From Felis catus (Eukaryota), in NCBI RefSeq assembly GCF_018350175.1, contig NC_058368.1, positions 93,932,001 through 93,996,000 of the forward strand: 64,000 bases of DNA, given 5' to 3'. This document shows positions 34,715-47,747 of the stretch, in pieces. Below the pieces are notes generated by a model. It was not told where the DNA came from. It ran no database searches and saw nothing but the letters and a program-made list of their open reading frames with translations. Made by a program: the position numbers and the translations under genes. Numbering within the stretch: the first letter of the stretch is position 1; each line of letters starts with the position of its first letter.

Positions 34715-34999
34715 CAAAAAGCAGCATTTTAAATCAGTAGGGAAGGATAGTTTTTGATGACTGGGTGAGACACCTGTCAGTTCATTTAGAAGATCAACGT
34801 TGGAGCCCTGTCTCACACCATACACAGAACGAAATCTCACACAGATTAAAAGGCTAAATGCAAAAAACAAAATTATAAAAAAAGAATGAGGTACTATCTC
34901 ATTCTGAGTTTGCAATAGGTCTATAAAAAATTTGAAAATATGAAAAAGGAAAATGGCAGTACAGTATAATAAGGATGATTCCATTTTTTTAGAAACATA

Positions 35000-35280
35000 T
35001 GTGAGTGAGTTTCTGTGTGTGTGTGTGTGTGTGTGCACACTTGTGTGAGTGTGTATGTAAGTGTGTGTGTTTATGTGAGTGTGTATATGTGGGTGAGAGT
35101 ATATGAGTGTTTGTATGAGTACACGAGTGAGTCAGTGTATGTATGTGGTGGGTGTGAATGTGCATGTGTGTGGTTGTGGGAGTGTGTATGTGGGTGAGTG
35201 AGAATATGAGTGAGTGTGTATGTATGAGTTTGTATGAGTATGTGAGGGAGCATGTATAAGTGTGTGCGTGTGTGTGTGTT
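35000..35280. repeat. Degenerate (TG)n low-complexity tract
   Basis: about 280 bp of gt/ga/at dinucleotides. Confidence 0.92.
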
Positions 35281-35507
35281 AATAACAGTGACTAGATTTT
35301 GGTGGTGGTGATAATGGGGGAGGTTATAATTCTCAAAAATGTGGCAAAGATGGGATGACTATTACTTTCATTTTCTCCTCTTACCATTTTTAAAATAAAA
35401 AGTGTTAAAAGAAAAAATTTTTAAATATTTAAAAGTAAAGTTTTCATCTTAACCTTCAAATTTATCCACCTGTTACTTACCAGGCAATTTGTAAAAAACT
35501 GTGTTCA

Positions 35508-36606
35508 CTCGGCCACAGCAACTGCTTACTCAACACATCTCCAGAGGCAAGGGAAACCAAAGCAAACATGAACTATTGGGACCTCATCAAAATAAAAAGC
35601 TTCTGCACAGAGAAGGAAACAATCAGCAAAATGAAAAGGCAACTGACAGAATGGGAGAAGATATTTGCAAATGACATATCAGATAAAGGGTCAGTATCCA
35701 AAATCTATAAAGAATTTATCAAACTCAACACCCAAAAAACAAATAATCCAGTGAAGAAATGGGCAAAAGACATGAAGAGACACTTCTCCAAAGAAGACAT
35801 CCAGATGGCCAACCAACACATGAAAAAATGCTCAACATCACTCATCATCAGGGAAATACAAATCAAAATCACAATGAGATACCACCTCACCTGTCAGAAT
35901 GACTAACATTAACAACTCAGGCAACAACAGATGTTGGCGAGGATGCAGAGAAAGAGGAACTCTTTTGCATTGTTGGTGGGAATGCAAGCTGGTGCAGCCC
36001 CTCTGGAAAACAGGAAGGAGGTTCCTCAAAAAACTAAAAATAGAACTACCCTACCACCCAGCAATTGCACTACTAGGCATTTATCCATGGAATACAGGTA
36101 TGCTGTTCCGAAGGGACGCATGCACCCCCATGTTTAGAGCAGCACTATCAGCAATAGCCAAAGTATGGAAAGAGCCCAAATGTCCATCAATGGATGAATG
36201 GATAAAGAAGATGTGGTATATATATACAATGGAGTATTACTCGGCAATCAAAAAGAATGAAACTTGCCATTTTCAACTATGCGATGGAACTGGAGGGTAT
36301 TATGCTAAGTGAAATTAGTCAGAGAAAGACAAAAATCATATGACTTCACTCATATGAGGACTTTAAGAGACAAAATACATGAACATAAGGGAAGGGAAGC
36401 AAAAACAATATAAAAACAGGGAGGGGGACAAAAACATAAGAGACTCTTAAATATAGAGAACAAACAGAGGGTTACTGGAAGGGGTGTGGGAGGGGGGATA
36501 GGCTAAATGGGTAATTACTCCTGAAATCATTGTTGCACCATGTGCTAACTAACTTGGATATAAATTATAAAAAATAAATAAATTATAGAAAGAAAAAATA
36601 ATTTTT
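35508..36606 (+). mobile_element. 5'-truncated felid L1 (~1.1 kb), ORF2 frameshifted
   Basis: ORF2 peptides [14 protein letters not shown]...WEKIFAND and [20 protein letters not shown] (CCHC knuckle) in two frames; TSD aaaaa(c)ctgtgttca (35493-35507 / 36607-36622). Confidence 0.96.
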
Positions 36607-36915
36607 AAAAAACCTGTGTTCAGATGTAAAGCCTGGAAGAATAAATGCATATATTTATATCTGCTACAACTTCTCTGATCTTTATTTTTTAAAAAGTCTT
36701 GGTTCAGCCTTTGTAAGTAGGAAATATTCTCTTTAAGCAACATGTACTGAATGATTATAATATGCTGAACACATGACTAGGTATATCATGTAATTTCTCC
36801 TAACTCAGGGAAAAATTCCTAAGTAAAACTGCAAGCCAAATTGCAAGAGGGAAACACTCTTTCAGATTATGATAGGAAATAACTTCAGAACTCCCAAGCA
36901 ATAATGGCAATTTTT

Positions 36916-37114
36916 TTTAATGTTTTTATTTTATTTTTGAGAGAGAGAGAGTGAGAGCAGGGGAGGAGCAGAGAGAGAGAGACACAGAATCTGAAGCAAG
37001 CTCTAGCTCTAAGCTGTCAGTACAGAGCCTATGTGGGGCTCGAACTCATGGACTGTGAGATCATGATCCAAGCTGAAGTCAGACGCTTGACCGACTGAGC
37101 CACCCAGGTGCCCC
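36916..37114 (-). mobile_element. Can-SINE
   Basis: TSD caataatggcaattttt. Confidence 0.96.
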
Positions 37115-37275
37115 TCAATAATGGCAATTTTTCAAATGGACTCCTGTATTGTGGAAAAACTAAAAAAATGATACAACTAGCACCCCTATATATTATGAGT
37201 TGTAAGAACTGCAAAGGAAAAGATGCGATGGGAGAAATTTTTCTGGAAGCACTTAATTAGAAATAAATCCTGTTT

Positions 37276-37495
37276 AGGGTGCCTGGGTGGCTCAGTTGGT
37301 TGAGCATTGGACTCTTGGTTTCAGCTCAGGTCGTGATCTCACGGTTAGTGAGTTCAAGACCTGCACCAGGCTCTGCGCTGACACTGTGGAGCTTGCTCGG
37401 GATTCTCTCTCTGCCCCTCTGCTGCTTGTGCTCTCGCTCGCTCACTCGCTTGTTCTCTCAAAATAAATAAATAAACTTTTTAAAAAATTGAGAAA
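37276..37495 (+). mobile_element. Can-SINE
   Basis: TSD aaatcctgttt. Confidence 0.95.
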
Positions 37496-37521
37496 AAAAA
37501 ATCCTGTTTGCCCCAGTCAAT

Positions 37522-37744
37522 TAAAAAAAATTTTTTTTAATGTTTATTTATTTCTGAGAGAGAGAGAGACAGACAGACAGAGCGTGAGCAGGAGAGGGGC
37601 AGAGAGAGAGGGAGACAGAATCCAAAGCAGGCTCCAGTCTCCGAGCTGTCAGCACAGAGCCCCACATGGGTTGAACCCAGGAGCTGGAGATCCTGACTTG
37701 AGCCAAAGTCAGACGCTTAACCAACTGAGCCAACCAGGAGCCCC
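37522..37744 (-). mobile_element. Can-SINE
   Basis: TSD tgccccagtcaatt / tgcccgtgtcattt. Confidence 0.94.
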
Positions 37745-39231
37745 TGCCCGTGTCATTTTCAAGCCACAAGAGTAAGGTCATTTTTTTTTTTTTCTCTCTG
37801 TGTAGCATAGAAAGCAGACCAACAAGATCAAATTGAAAGCAATAGGGGGGGAAAAAAGCAAGACTAGAGGTTTTATACTGTCTTGGAGAACCTGCATGGG
37901 TGTCTGAGACCTTGAAGAGGATGGGGGCTCTATCCTGACCTCTGTTTTACCCCCCAGGTGACTGCCATCTCTTGCCGTCATTTGCTCAAAGACACCCTGG
38001 AGGCCCGCTTTTGCCAGGCACAGTGCTGGGCACTGAGGATGCGGCAATCTCAAGTTGCTGTTAGCAGAGGGAGTGGGCAAGACGGATAAGTGACAAGCAA
38101 GTACAATTCAGAACTCAAACGCCAGCCTGGAGGTGCGCGCAGAGAGCCGGGGAGCCGGGAGCTCAGACTGTCTCCCGAAGCCATCCGTTATCTCCCCAGG
38201 CGTGAGAAGCCACACAAGGAACAGAACAGCAACAGAATCTGAAAGCGTCTCTGTGATTGCAAAGCGCATACCCTGTTAAGATAACTCAGACGGGGAAGTG
38301 TGGAGGTGGGCTTGGGGAGGTGAATCAAGCACCCAGATGCACAGAGGGTACAGAGTCCTTAGCAGGCCGGCTGGGACCCTCCCCCCAGCCCTCACCCCCA
38401 CGTGGCCCCTGCTCTCTGTCCATGCCTGGTGCTGTCACTCTGCTGTCCCATGTCCTGCCGCCTCCAGGAGGCTGCTGTAGCACTGTGCAAAGCTGAGCTC
38501 TGCTGGAGACACCCCCTCATGCCACCCCCGACTGCTTCTACCCCTCAGCCCTCAAGGGAGGGGACGCTTCCTTCCCACTGTGTTTTCTGCTCACTCACCC
38601 CTCCCTTCCGTTCATTCTGCACACACAAATGCCCAGGCAGCAACATTTAAGGAATCTGCACCGAACTGTCAGAGGTGATGGATTGGAAATATGGTTCAGG
38701 GAGTAGCTTCCAGGAAATGCCAAGACCCAGACCAGCCTACAGCATCCCTCCCGTCCCTCTCCCTCTCGGTGCCCAGCCTGCTGCCATTGTGGCAGGGATG
38801 TGCCCCAGGTCTCTCCTGCCTCAGAGCCCAGGGAGGCAGTATTTTCTCTTATTCTGCTCAAGTGTCCTAAGAGACACACGGTCAGTCCTGGTTCACACCT
38901 GATATGCCTGTGTAATTTTATTAATAGGCCCCCTTTTCCCTCCCCAGACAGACCTAGTCTGGATGTTAAGCTACCGGATCGCCTTGCCTGGGAATAATCT
39001 GCTCTAGGAGAAGCCGTGAGAATACCCATCCCTTTGGTGCACATCTGGTTCACATCCCACCCCCAGCACCAGGGGAATGAGTGGGCCCCAGAGACCCAAT
39101 AATACTTAGCCTCTGGTTGTCAGAAAGCAGAACTTCTACCAAAGTCTGGCTCATTTTGTCGTCTATAATGTCACATGTGGGACATCGCCGGTCCCATCCA
39201 GGGCCCACTGTGGCTAAATCAATACTGTCCC

Positions 39232-39430
39232 GGGGCGCCTGGGTGGCTCAGTTGGTTATGCATCCAACTCTTGGTTTAGGCTCAGGTCATGATCTCTCAG
39301 TTTGTGGGATCGAGCTTGGGATTCTCTCTCTCCCTCCTCTCTCTGCCCCTTCCCCCACTCTCTCTCTCTCTCTCTTTCTCTAAATAAATAAATAAATAAA
39401 TACCTAAAAAAAAAACCAAAAACAAAAACA
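39232..39430 (+). mobile_element. Can-SINE, internally deleted
   Basis: gggatcgagc joined to ttgggattctctc; TSD actgtccc. Confidence 0.92.
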
Positions 39431-41309
39431 ACTGTCCCTTTTAAGCAACAGGTGAGAGCTCTACTGATTCAGGAGTCCAAATGAAGTTCACGTCTGTCTG
39501 GGCTTGCCACATGCCATTCACACATACAAGCCACCTGTACACAGGACAGTTCAACCAGTACGGTTCACCTTCAGTGATGGGAGCCCGTGTGTTAGAGGAC
39601 TGAGAGATTTTTGCAATATACAAGCAACTAAATATGCAAACAAACCTCAGACCTAGCTGCCAACTTTATTGGGAGAGGGACCGAAACGCCAGCTCAGAAG
39701 TAAGCATCCTTCCGTCTGCAACACTTGGGTGTGAACAGCCATATCCAGAAGCTATCTGATAAGCTTATGCTGTCTGCAGGGAGGTGATGCATGTCACATC
39801 GGTAAGAAAATTGGGCCTTTGCACCCCCCCCCAACCCTTTCACCCTCAAACCCAATCAAACTGAGTCAGGATGTGGCGGGGGGTGCTGTAAAAGCAGGTC
39901 CAGGTGCCTAGCTGCTCTGGGGTCTGATGTGTTTTTTTCCATTCGCTACTCATTTCGATGTTTTTATTGCAGGAACTGATTCTGCCCTTGGCTTACAAAG
40001 CCTCCTGGCACGTGAGGCGATTGTTGCACCAGGAACATAGATTCCGTCTGGGCTGCCCAAGTGCCTCACAGCCTGCGAGTGGCTAAGCTTTGAAGGCAAC
40101 CCAGCATTCAGCTCCTGCCAGATTTAAAAACTGCAAGGCCAGCCTAGAGTGGCATACAGCTACCCCGCGGGTGTGAAACGCTCCAGCTTCCCCATATGTC
40201 TATGTCTTATATGGAGTTCTGCAGTTTCTAAATGGAGTCAGAAAAAGTAGACCTGAGTTCGAATTCTAAGCTCTTCTTCGAAGGAGCTCACGTCTGCTCT
40301 CCTGGACTTGGTGCCTTCAACTGGAAAGTAGAGTGGGTGGCTAGGAAGCCACTGACACCCCTCCTGTTCTGATATTCTGTGGGACTGTGCTTCTGTTGCT
40401 GTCTGGTTGTTGGACCTCAACAAGTATTCTCTGGGCCTCAGTTTCCCCATTTGCAAAAGTGGTACCATGGTACCCGTGTACTAAACGCCTTGCAAGGAGC
40501 CTGTGGGCTTTAAAAGTGGGACGGGGACGTGGAAACAGGCAGCAAATGAGTGCATGCAGTAGGAACTCAATAAATGTGTTTGCACGGCCTCCCAGATTCT
40601 CCATCTGTGAAAGCTGAGTGACACCTACATGCTTGTCTATCTCGTGAAAATTGCAATGAGCTATGGAAAGAGAGACAAAGCGCTTAGAATTAAGAAAAGC
40701 ATAGGCAAACAGCAGGCATAATTATCATTCAAAAGTGGATGGGGGTCAGAGTTTAAGACATAGCGGGTAGCAGATTTGATGTGCCTGATTAATTAAATGA
40801 ACTAAAACCATAAATACAGTCGTCAGCTTAAACCCCTGGACTTGACCCCAGATCACACTGTGAGAGGGAAGGCAGAGGGGGACTCTCCGGTATTTCCAGG
40901 GCTTGTGGAGCCCCCAAAGCCAGGCCATGGGGGAAGGTGACAGAGTGGAGGCAATGGTAACAGAGTGGCTGTTGGGGGACTGGGGAGCCACCAAAGCCAA
41001 GGCAGCAGCGGGGAACAGAGGCAGTGACAGCTGAGGCAGAGGGGATCTTTCAGAACTCACGCTCACTCTTGCTAGGGCAAAGGGATTGAGCTGGAGGGAG
41101 TTTGCTTTCCCTGTTAAGAAAAAGGGTGAGATTTTTGCCCGGGAAGGGAATCATCACAATAAATTGTGTGCCTGTTTCCTTCTAGGCAGAGAGCTCAGAC
41201 CCTCAGGCAGTAGATCTTCACCTGGGAGCCCAAAGCAAAGCTGGAACCGTGGGCTGGTCAGAGAGATAAGGCCCTGGACAGAAAACTGGGCATGGCGATG
41301 GTTGTTTTC

Positions 41310-41730
41310 TCTAACATTTTGTTATGAAACTAACATTTTAATATGAAAAACCTCAAAAAGGCAGCACAGTAGAAAGCACTTTGCTGTGAACCCTGGGCAC
41401 CACCCCACCTGGATGACTTCATGATCATTTGACTATCCTTTCTGTATCCCATCTATCCATCTGTCTAACCCTGTCTTCACCCATTAGTCCATGTTAATTC
41501 TGGTACATTTCAAGGGAACTTACAGGCCTCAGTACACTTCTCCCCCAAATACTTCAACATGCATAGGGTTACCTAGCGCTCAATATTTTTTTTTTTACAG
41601 ATCTTTCCTTCCCACGTAAAATTTATGTTCTATGAAATGCACAAATACTATGTCTATGGATGCTGTGTTTTGACGAATGCATGCACCTGTGTAGCCCAAA
41701 CCCCTATCAGGACATAGAATATCCCCAGTT
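41310..41730 (-). mobile_element. Old L1M (L1MC/MD-like) 3'UTR fragment
   Basis: ccccaaatacttcaacatgcat...gaaatgcacaaat...ttttgacgaatgcatgcacctgtgtagcccaaacccctatcaggacatagaata. Confidence 0.7.
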
Positions 41731-42310
41731 TCCTAGGTCAGCTACAGATTTGTTACATGACCTTGCACAGGAGTCTTATGTAACTTTGATTCCAGCATGT
41801 CCCCAACTTGTCTGATCATAAAGCCTTTTTTCCAAGTGCCAAGTTCAAAAATTCTACCTTATACAATTAAGGCTGCCTGGAATACTGAATATTATTTAGT
41901 TCAAGCCACTATATTACAGCTAAAGAAACTTGAGAACTGTAGATGTGATTTATCCTAGGTCCCTAAGCCGGTGGCACAGTTACAACACGAAATTGATATG
42001 TATTGAGCAACCGCTCCCAACCAGGAAATGTACTAGATGCTGTATATGGGAACGCTTACCACAGCCTGCCTCACTGTCATAAAGATAAAGGACAATCGTG
42101 TATGTGGAGTGCCTGGCATTGTCCCTAGCACAGAGAGGACACCAGAAGTCACCAGTGATTCTCTCCTCCGTTCCTCGCTAACATTTTAACGTGTTCATGT
42201 CACTAAGATAGCAAGTATACACGCTTCATTTCATTCTGCTATCCCAATAACCTGTGAGGTAGGTAGGGGAGGTATTTTTATCCGTGCTTTACAGGCAATT
42301 ATACAGCATG

Positions 42311-42400
42311 TCATTATTGTATTATTGTATGTCATGTCATGATCATTATTGTATCATTATTGTATTATTATTGTATGTCATGTCATGATCATTATTAGTA
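42311..42400. repeat. 43/47-bp AT-rich tandem duplication inside a MIR
   Basis: tcattattgtattatt(att)gtatgtcatgtcatgatcattatt x2. Confidence 0.9.
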
Positions 42401-42539
42401 AATGATGGGGGCACCAGGACTTAAATTCAGTTTCCGGAGCCCAAGTAATTTCAGCAGAGAGCTTTAGGAGCTTTGTCCATGTTCCTCCCAGGCCATCTGG
42501 GACCAGAGTGGAAGGGCACTTTGGAAATGCTAAGAAGGA

Positions 42540-43035
42540 TATATTTGGCTCAATGACAGACACCCAACTTGAACTGGCTAAAGAAGAAAAGGAAATCTAT
42601 TGGCTCCTATAATAGAAAGTCTCCTCCCGACGCCCCCCTCTCTCTCTCCCTCTCTCCCCTACACTCCCTCCAATTTCCTCTTGTCCTGGCTCCACTCTCA
42701 GGCAACATCACCCCCATGGACACAAGATGGCCCCCACAAGGTCTTGGTTTACATCCATTCAGGTGAGCAATCTCAAAGGACAGAGAGAACTTTCTTTGGC
42801 AATGTCAGGCAAACATCCAAAGACTAGGTTTATTAAACTAACTTATTTCATGTGCCCACTCTTGAAACAATTTTTTTTTAAAGGATGAACTCTGTTGACT
42901 TGCCACCATGTAAGCAGGGGGTGGGTCAGCTCCCCCATGGTCTGAAAGGGAGGAAGGGATGATGCTCTCTGGAAAAATCAACATGCTGTTATCAGAAGAA
43001 AGGGAAAATGGAATGATGGATGCTGGGCAGCAAAT
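42540..43035 (-). mobile_element. MaLR solo LTR, MLT1K-like
   Basis: gacagacacccaacttgaactggct...tattggctc...caagatggcc...tgtgcccactcttgaa...ggatgctgggcagcaaa. Confidence 0.7.
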
Positions 43036-43104
43036 TTTAGTTAACAAAAATAAGTTTAACAAAACTTAAGAACTTAAATTGCTGAAAGTGGGTTCACTGG
43101 TACC

Positions 43105-43400
43105 CCTTGGAGCTTTCTAAACCCAGCCTTTTCAGAGATTTTCATGGTGGTTTCATTACACAAATGACTGAATTGTTGGTGACTGAATTCCGTCTCCACC
43201 CCTGAAGAGTGTAGGGTGGGGTGGGGGTGGGGAGCTGAAGGTCCAAAACTCTAATCACCTGTTTGGTTTTCCTGGCACTAGCTCCCTTCACTCCTCAAGC
43301 TGAAGCTACCCAGGTCCCCCTCACTCCCCAAGAGTCACTCATTGGCACACACTCAGGTAAGGTTGAAAGGATCTCACTATGAAAACAAAAGACACTCCTA
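43105..43400. mobile_element. MER21-like ERVL LTR fragment
   Basis: tttcatggtggtttcattac...ggggagctgaaggtccaaaactctaatcac...ctgaagctacccagg...aacaaaagacactccta. Confidence 0.65.
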
Positions 43401-43455
43401 ATAGAAGGCCCAGCTGAAGCTCCTGGCACTAAGAAAATGCTATAGAGTTCCCCTA

Positions 43456-43494
43456 TTTTCTTTCTTTTTTATTTAATGTTTATTTCTTTATTTT

Positions 43495-43539
<45 letters not shown>

Positions 43540-43714
43540 TGTGTGTGTGCAAGAGGAGGAGGAGTAGAGAGAAAAGGAGACAGAGAGTCCCAAGCAGGCT
43601 CCCTGCTGTGACGGCAGAGCCTGACTCATGGCTCAAACTCATGAACCATGAGATCATAAACTGAACCAAAACCAAGAGTTGGATGCTTAATTGACTGAGC
43701 CACCCAGGTGCCCC
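43456..43714 (-). mobile_element. Can-SINE with compound (GA)n(GT)n
   Basis: reverse SINE ending caggtgcccc. Confidence 0.95.
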
Positions 43715-44473
43715 AGGATTTTGTATGTTAAGTCTTGTGGCCCTTGCTGATGATCCTCCTAATAGACCTGGAGGAATTGGAGGGTGACAGTGATGAAAAC
43801 ATCCCTATTTCACAGATGCAGAAGCTTCCTATGCAAGGGTTGGCCAGGTGGCACCAGAGAGTGAAGTGTCAGCAAGCTCAACTTGAACCGTGAATGGAAC
43901 TATCTCCCACAAGAACTATCTCCTCACAATCCCGGGGTCAATGGTGTCCTTTAGGCCAGTGCATGTTCAAGATATGTCTGAAAGAGGTTTGTGCTTGTTT
44001 GTTTGTTTACAAATGGCTCTGCTCTTTCTAACAATTAAATATGACATCTCAATGGTCAATCATTGTTTCATTTCATTTGACCCAAAGAATAAATGAATTT
44101 CTAACCTATGTCCTAGAGAATATTCAGTTGAAATGGTTCTCAGATAAAGTCAAAGTTTAAGTGGAGAATAGATTGGAACTCTACTAATATATTCTGAAAG
44201 AGATATACCTATTTGTGAATGAAGAGATTCAATTGGTTAAGTCTAAGGATAAGTAGACTGTTTACTCTTAACAGAATTAATATACTTCATGGTAGTTTCC
44301 AGAGAGTAAATCATTCAAGTCCTACCTGATTTATTCAATTTTCCCATTAATTCACCTGACCCCCTTGGGGTAGATATAGCACCAAAGAAGTTGAGACATG
44401 TATGGAATCTTAGAGGGAAGAATGGCACGTAGCCAGAAATATACTCAGATAGGGATTAGAAATCTGGACTCTA

Positions 44474-44608
44474 GTGGTGCCTGGGTAGCTCAGTCAGTTA
44501 AGTGTCCAACTCTTGATTTCAGCGCAGGTCACCATCCCAGGGTCAGCTCAGGTCATGATTCCAGGGTCATGGAATCGAGCCCCACATCAAGCCTGGAGAC
44601 TGCTTGAG

Positions 44609-44652
<44 letters not shown>

Positions 44653-44725
44653 TCTCTCTCTCTCTCTCTCTCTCTGGACATTTCCCCTGCTCACACTCTC
44701 TCTCTTTCTCTAAAACAAAACAATA
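44474..44725 (+). mobile_element. Can-SINE with a 24-bp internal tandem duplication
   Basis: tcagcgcaggtcaccatcccaggg / tcagctcaggtcatgattccaggg (44519-44566). Confidence 0.92.
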
Positions 44726-44813
44726 ATAGTAATTTAGACATCTGAACTTGGGTAAGTCAAATCCCCACTCTGGGTGTCAGTCTCCTAAACTTGGTTAAAA
44801 ATCTGTAAGATTA

Positions 44814-45025
44814 GGGGAACCTGGGTGGTTCAGTTGGTTAAGCGTCTGACTCTTGATTCTGGCTCATGTAACGATCCCACAGCTGGGATCCAGCCCCATG
44901 TTGAGCTCTTCACTGAGCATAGAGCCTACTTTCTCTCTCTTCCTCTCTCTCTTCCCCTCACCCACTCACTCACATGCTCTCTCTTTCTATCTCTATCTTA
45001 AAATAAATACATAAATTTTCTTTAA
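44814..45025 (+). mobile_element. Can-SINE (older)
   Basis: ggggaacctgggtggttcag head, CT tract, tail. Confidence 0.9.
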
Positions 45026-45321
45026 ACATTAAAGATTCCTTCTAGCATTTTTTTCAAGATACTAGGTTGTCAGGGTTCTCTCCCCCATTTAATTCAATAA
45101 TTTCTCCTAAAGTGCTCTAATGGAAATATACTCTTCTTAGCTGAGATGCATGAGTGACAGGGAAGTCAACTTCCCAAGGCATTCACTCCTCATTAGTTGG
45201 TTTGTGGTCTTAGAACCTGCCTCTCTGTAATTTCCTCTCATTGATCTTTGTGCATCAGGAAAAGCCAGAACAACAGACCTTATCTGACCACATGACTGCT
45301 GTTTAAAATTTACAGACTTTA

Positions 45322-45530
45322 GGGGCGCCTGGGTGGCTCAGTCAGTTAAGCGTCTGACTTGGGCTCAGGTCATGATCTCACGGTTCTTGGGTTCAAGCCC
45401 TGCATCTGGCTCTGTGCTGATAGCTCAGAGCCTGGAGCCTGCTTTGGATTCTGTGTCTCCCTCTTCTCTCTGTCCCTCCCCAGCTCACACTTTGTCTCTT
45501 TCTCTCTCTCACACAAATAAACATTAAAAA
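45322..45530 (+). mobile_element. Can-SINE
   Basis: canonical head, body and tail. Confidence 0.95.
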
Positions 45531-46182
45531 AAAATTTTTGTAGACCTTATCCTGGCCTCCATTTTCCAGGAGAAACCTCTCTGCTTCCTTTCACTCCTAT
45601 GTAAGTGCTTTCCAGACACATCAACATCCTCTTTGCTGAGATCTGGCCCCTCTCCATATTATCAACATCTATCTTAAGATGTAGTTTTCCTGTCTGTGAT
45701 CTCAGCCAAGCTCAATGAGTGTCTCCAGTGATCTAGCAAAAATACGTCTCCAAGTATTTTGGTTTGATGGGTAATGAACTCAAAGCAAGCACTGGCTGTG
45801 GATATGGTGGTTGGTTTTTGTTGTTGTGTAACCATTTACATCACACTGTTGCTTCTCATGGGTGTGGTTCCAGCTGAGCCTATGCGGGGATTCAGACTCT
45901 GTGAGGATATGATGCATTGGTACTAATGATGACCCAGGGCATTGGTCATTCTGCGTGAGGTGGCTTTCACAGAGGAAGGAATTTGCAGTGAGGGCTTAGT
46001 GCCAGAGTGCCTGGGAATGGAGATGGGAAGCGGAGACAGGTGCCTATCAAAACTGTGGCCTTGGAGATGTCTTCAATCTGGGGAGAGTAGGGCTGGGAGT
46101 TATATTAGGGTACACACAAGGCTACGTCAGCAAATGCAGGAGGTGGTACCTCCCCATCTCTGCTCATGGCCTAGCGGACTCT

Positions 46183-46390
46183 TTTTTTTTTTTTAAGATA
46201 TTTGAGGGGGTTTTTTGTTTGTTTTAATGTTTATTTATTTTTGAGACAGAGGGAGACACAGAATCTGAAGCAGGCGCCAGGCTCTGAGCTGTCAACACAG
46301 AGCCCGACACAGGGCTCGAACCCATGAACCATGAGATCATGACCTGAGCTGAAGTTGGACACTTAACCAACTGAGCCACCTAGGTGCCCC
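46183..46390 (-). mobile_element. Can-SINE in the tail of an antisense L1 3' end
   Basis: reverse SINE ending ggtgcccc. Confidence 0.94.
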
Positions 46391-46670
46391 CCCCTTTTTT
46401 TTTTTTAAATAAAATGGGCTTAAATTTTGTTTGAGTATAGTTGACATACGATGCTACATGAGTTTCAGGTGTACAACATACTGATTCAACAAGTTTATAT
46501 GTTGCGCTGTGCTCACGAGTATAACTACCACTTGTCACCATACAGCATTATTACAATACCACTGACCATATTCCCTGTGCTGTGCCTTTTATTCCCATGA
46601 CTCATTCATTCCATAACTGGAAGCCTGTATATCACACTCCCCTCCACCCAATTGTCCACCCTCCACCCCC
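46391..46670 (-). mobile_element. Carnivore L1 3'UTR fragment
   Basis: tttgagtatagttgacatacg...tttcaggtgtacaacat...ccataactggaagcctgtat. Confidence 0.9.
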
Positions 46671-47747
46671 TAATGGAATCTTGATGTGGTGAATATTGAA
46701 GGAAACATGGCCCTTGAATACGTCTGCCCATTGGAGGGGATTTGGGGCTGCCATGAAACACCCCAGCAGGCAGTAAGTGACAGGCAACAGTCGGGGAGGA
46801 AAATCTGTCCCTCCAAGTGGCATGTGGGTGACCTTCTGAGGATTCCAAGGAAAGCTTAAAGGTACTTAGAAAGTGAACTGAGATCCTGTCTTAGACGCTG
46901 CCAGGGAAATCCGAGCTAGTGAGGTTGAATTCTTACAGATACCGAGAGCTTACTGGGACCGTCAAGTCAGGGAAGCAAAGGAAATTTGTGTTCTCTTCCT
47001 ACAAGCTTAACAGTTAACGCAATCTCTTTTTTGTTAATGTCAAGCAGGACTTTCCTGAACAATTCCCACGTGATGCCAAATCTTCTGGTCCGCATACTAC
47101 CCTTTGGGTAACAAGGAATTAGAATGATGAGGCTGTAGATCCTCTAAAAAAAAAAAAAAAATAGTATCGAGTGAAAAAGTGCCCTGAACTTGGACTATAA
47201 CATTTGGTGTCTCTGTTTCTTGCTGACTCCCCATCTTTCTAAATTCTCTGAGACTTCCTCCTACTTGTTAAAAATGAATCTCTGCCCCCAATATTTTTGC
47301 CGTGTTTGCGTGGTCCCTGAAAATAAAGAGAGAACAGCCATTTGCAAAGGAAACGGCTGGCAAGCAAATCTGTCTACTTTGCGGAAGGAGAAGATCCGCT
47401 TTTCTTAAGGATATATTAAAATTAATCAGAGGAGCAGACTTGGAATTTTCATTATGTTTGATCTGATATTTGATATTCCAGAATGACTGGTAAATGAGCG
47501 GAGGGAGAAAATGCCAGGAAGTCACTTTAATATGATTTCTCCGCTCCTGTAATCCCAAAAACAAACTGTCTAGGGTTCTGTAGAGACTTTAACCCCATGC
47601 AATCAAAGCGTGTGCTCACAGCGACTCCCAGGTGAGCTTCTAGATCTTGAGATCATTGAGATCACTGTGGACCTGGGTGGGTGCAGAAGCTACAGGGGTA
47701 GTGAGGGGTTAGAGAGAAAGGGAGTGAGCTCACCCTGATGGGGCTGA

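Noticed and set aside
35568..36312. Two overlapping L1 ORF2 ORFs as a programmed frameshift
   Set aside because: Explained by a 2-nt deletion (cacctcacctg vs cacctcacacctg at 19291) in a dead 5'-truncated copy
38595..39053. 152-aa minus-strand ORF and other ORFs in GC-rich unique DNA (12.8-13.5 kb, 20.0-20.5 kb, 55.2-55.8 kb)
   Set aside because: No recognisable domain; overlapping ORFs on both strands are typical of stop-poor GC-rich noncoding DNA
40461..40474. Perfect 14-bp palindrome ggtaccatggtacc
   Set aside because: Lies in a decayed MIR; a few palindromes of this size are expected by chance in 64 kb
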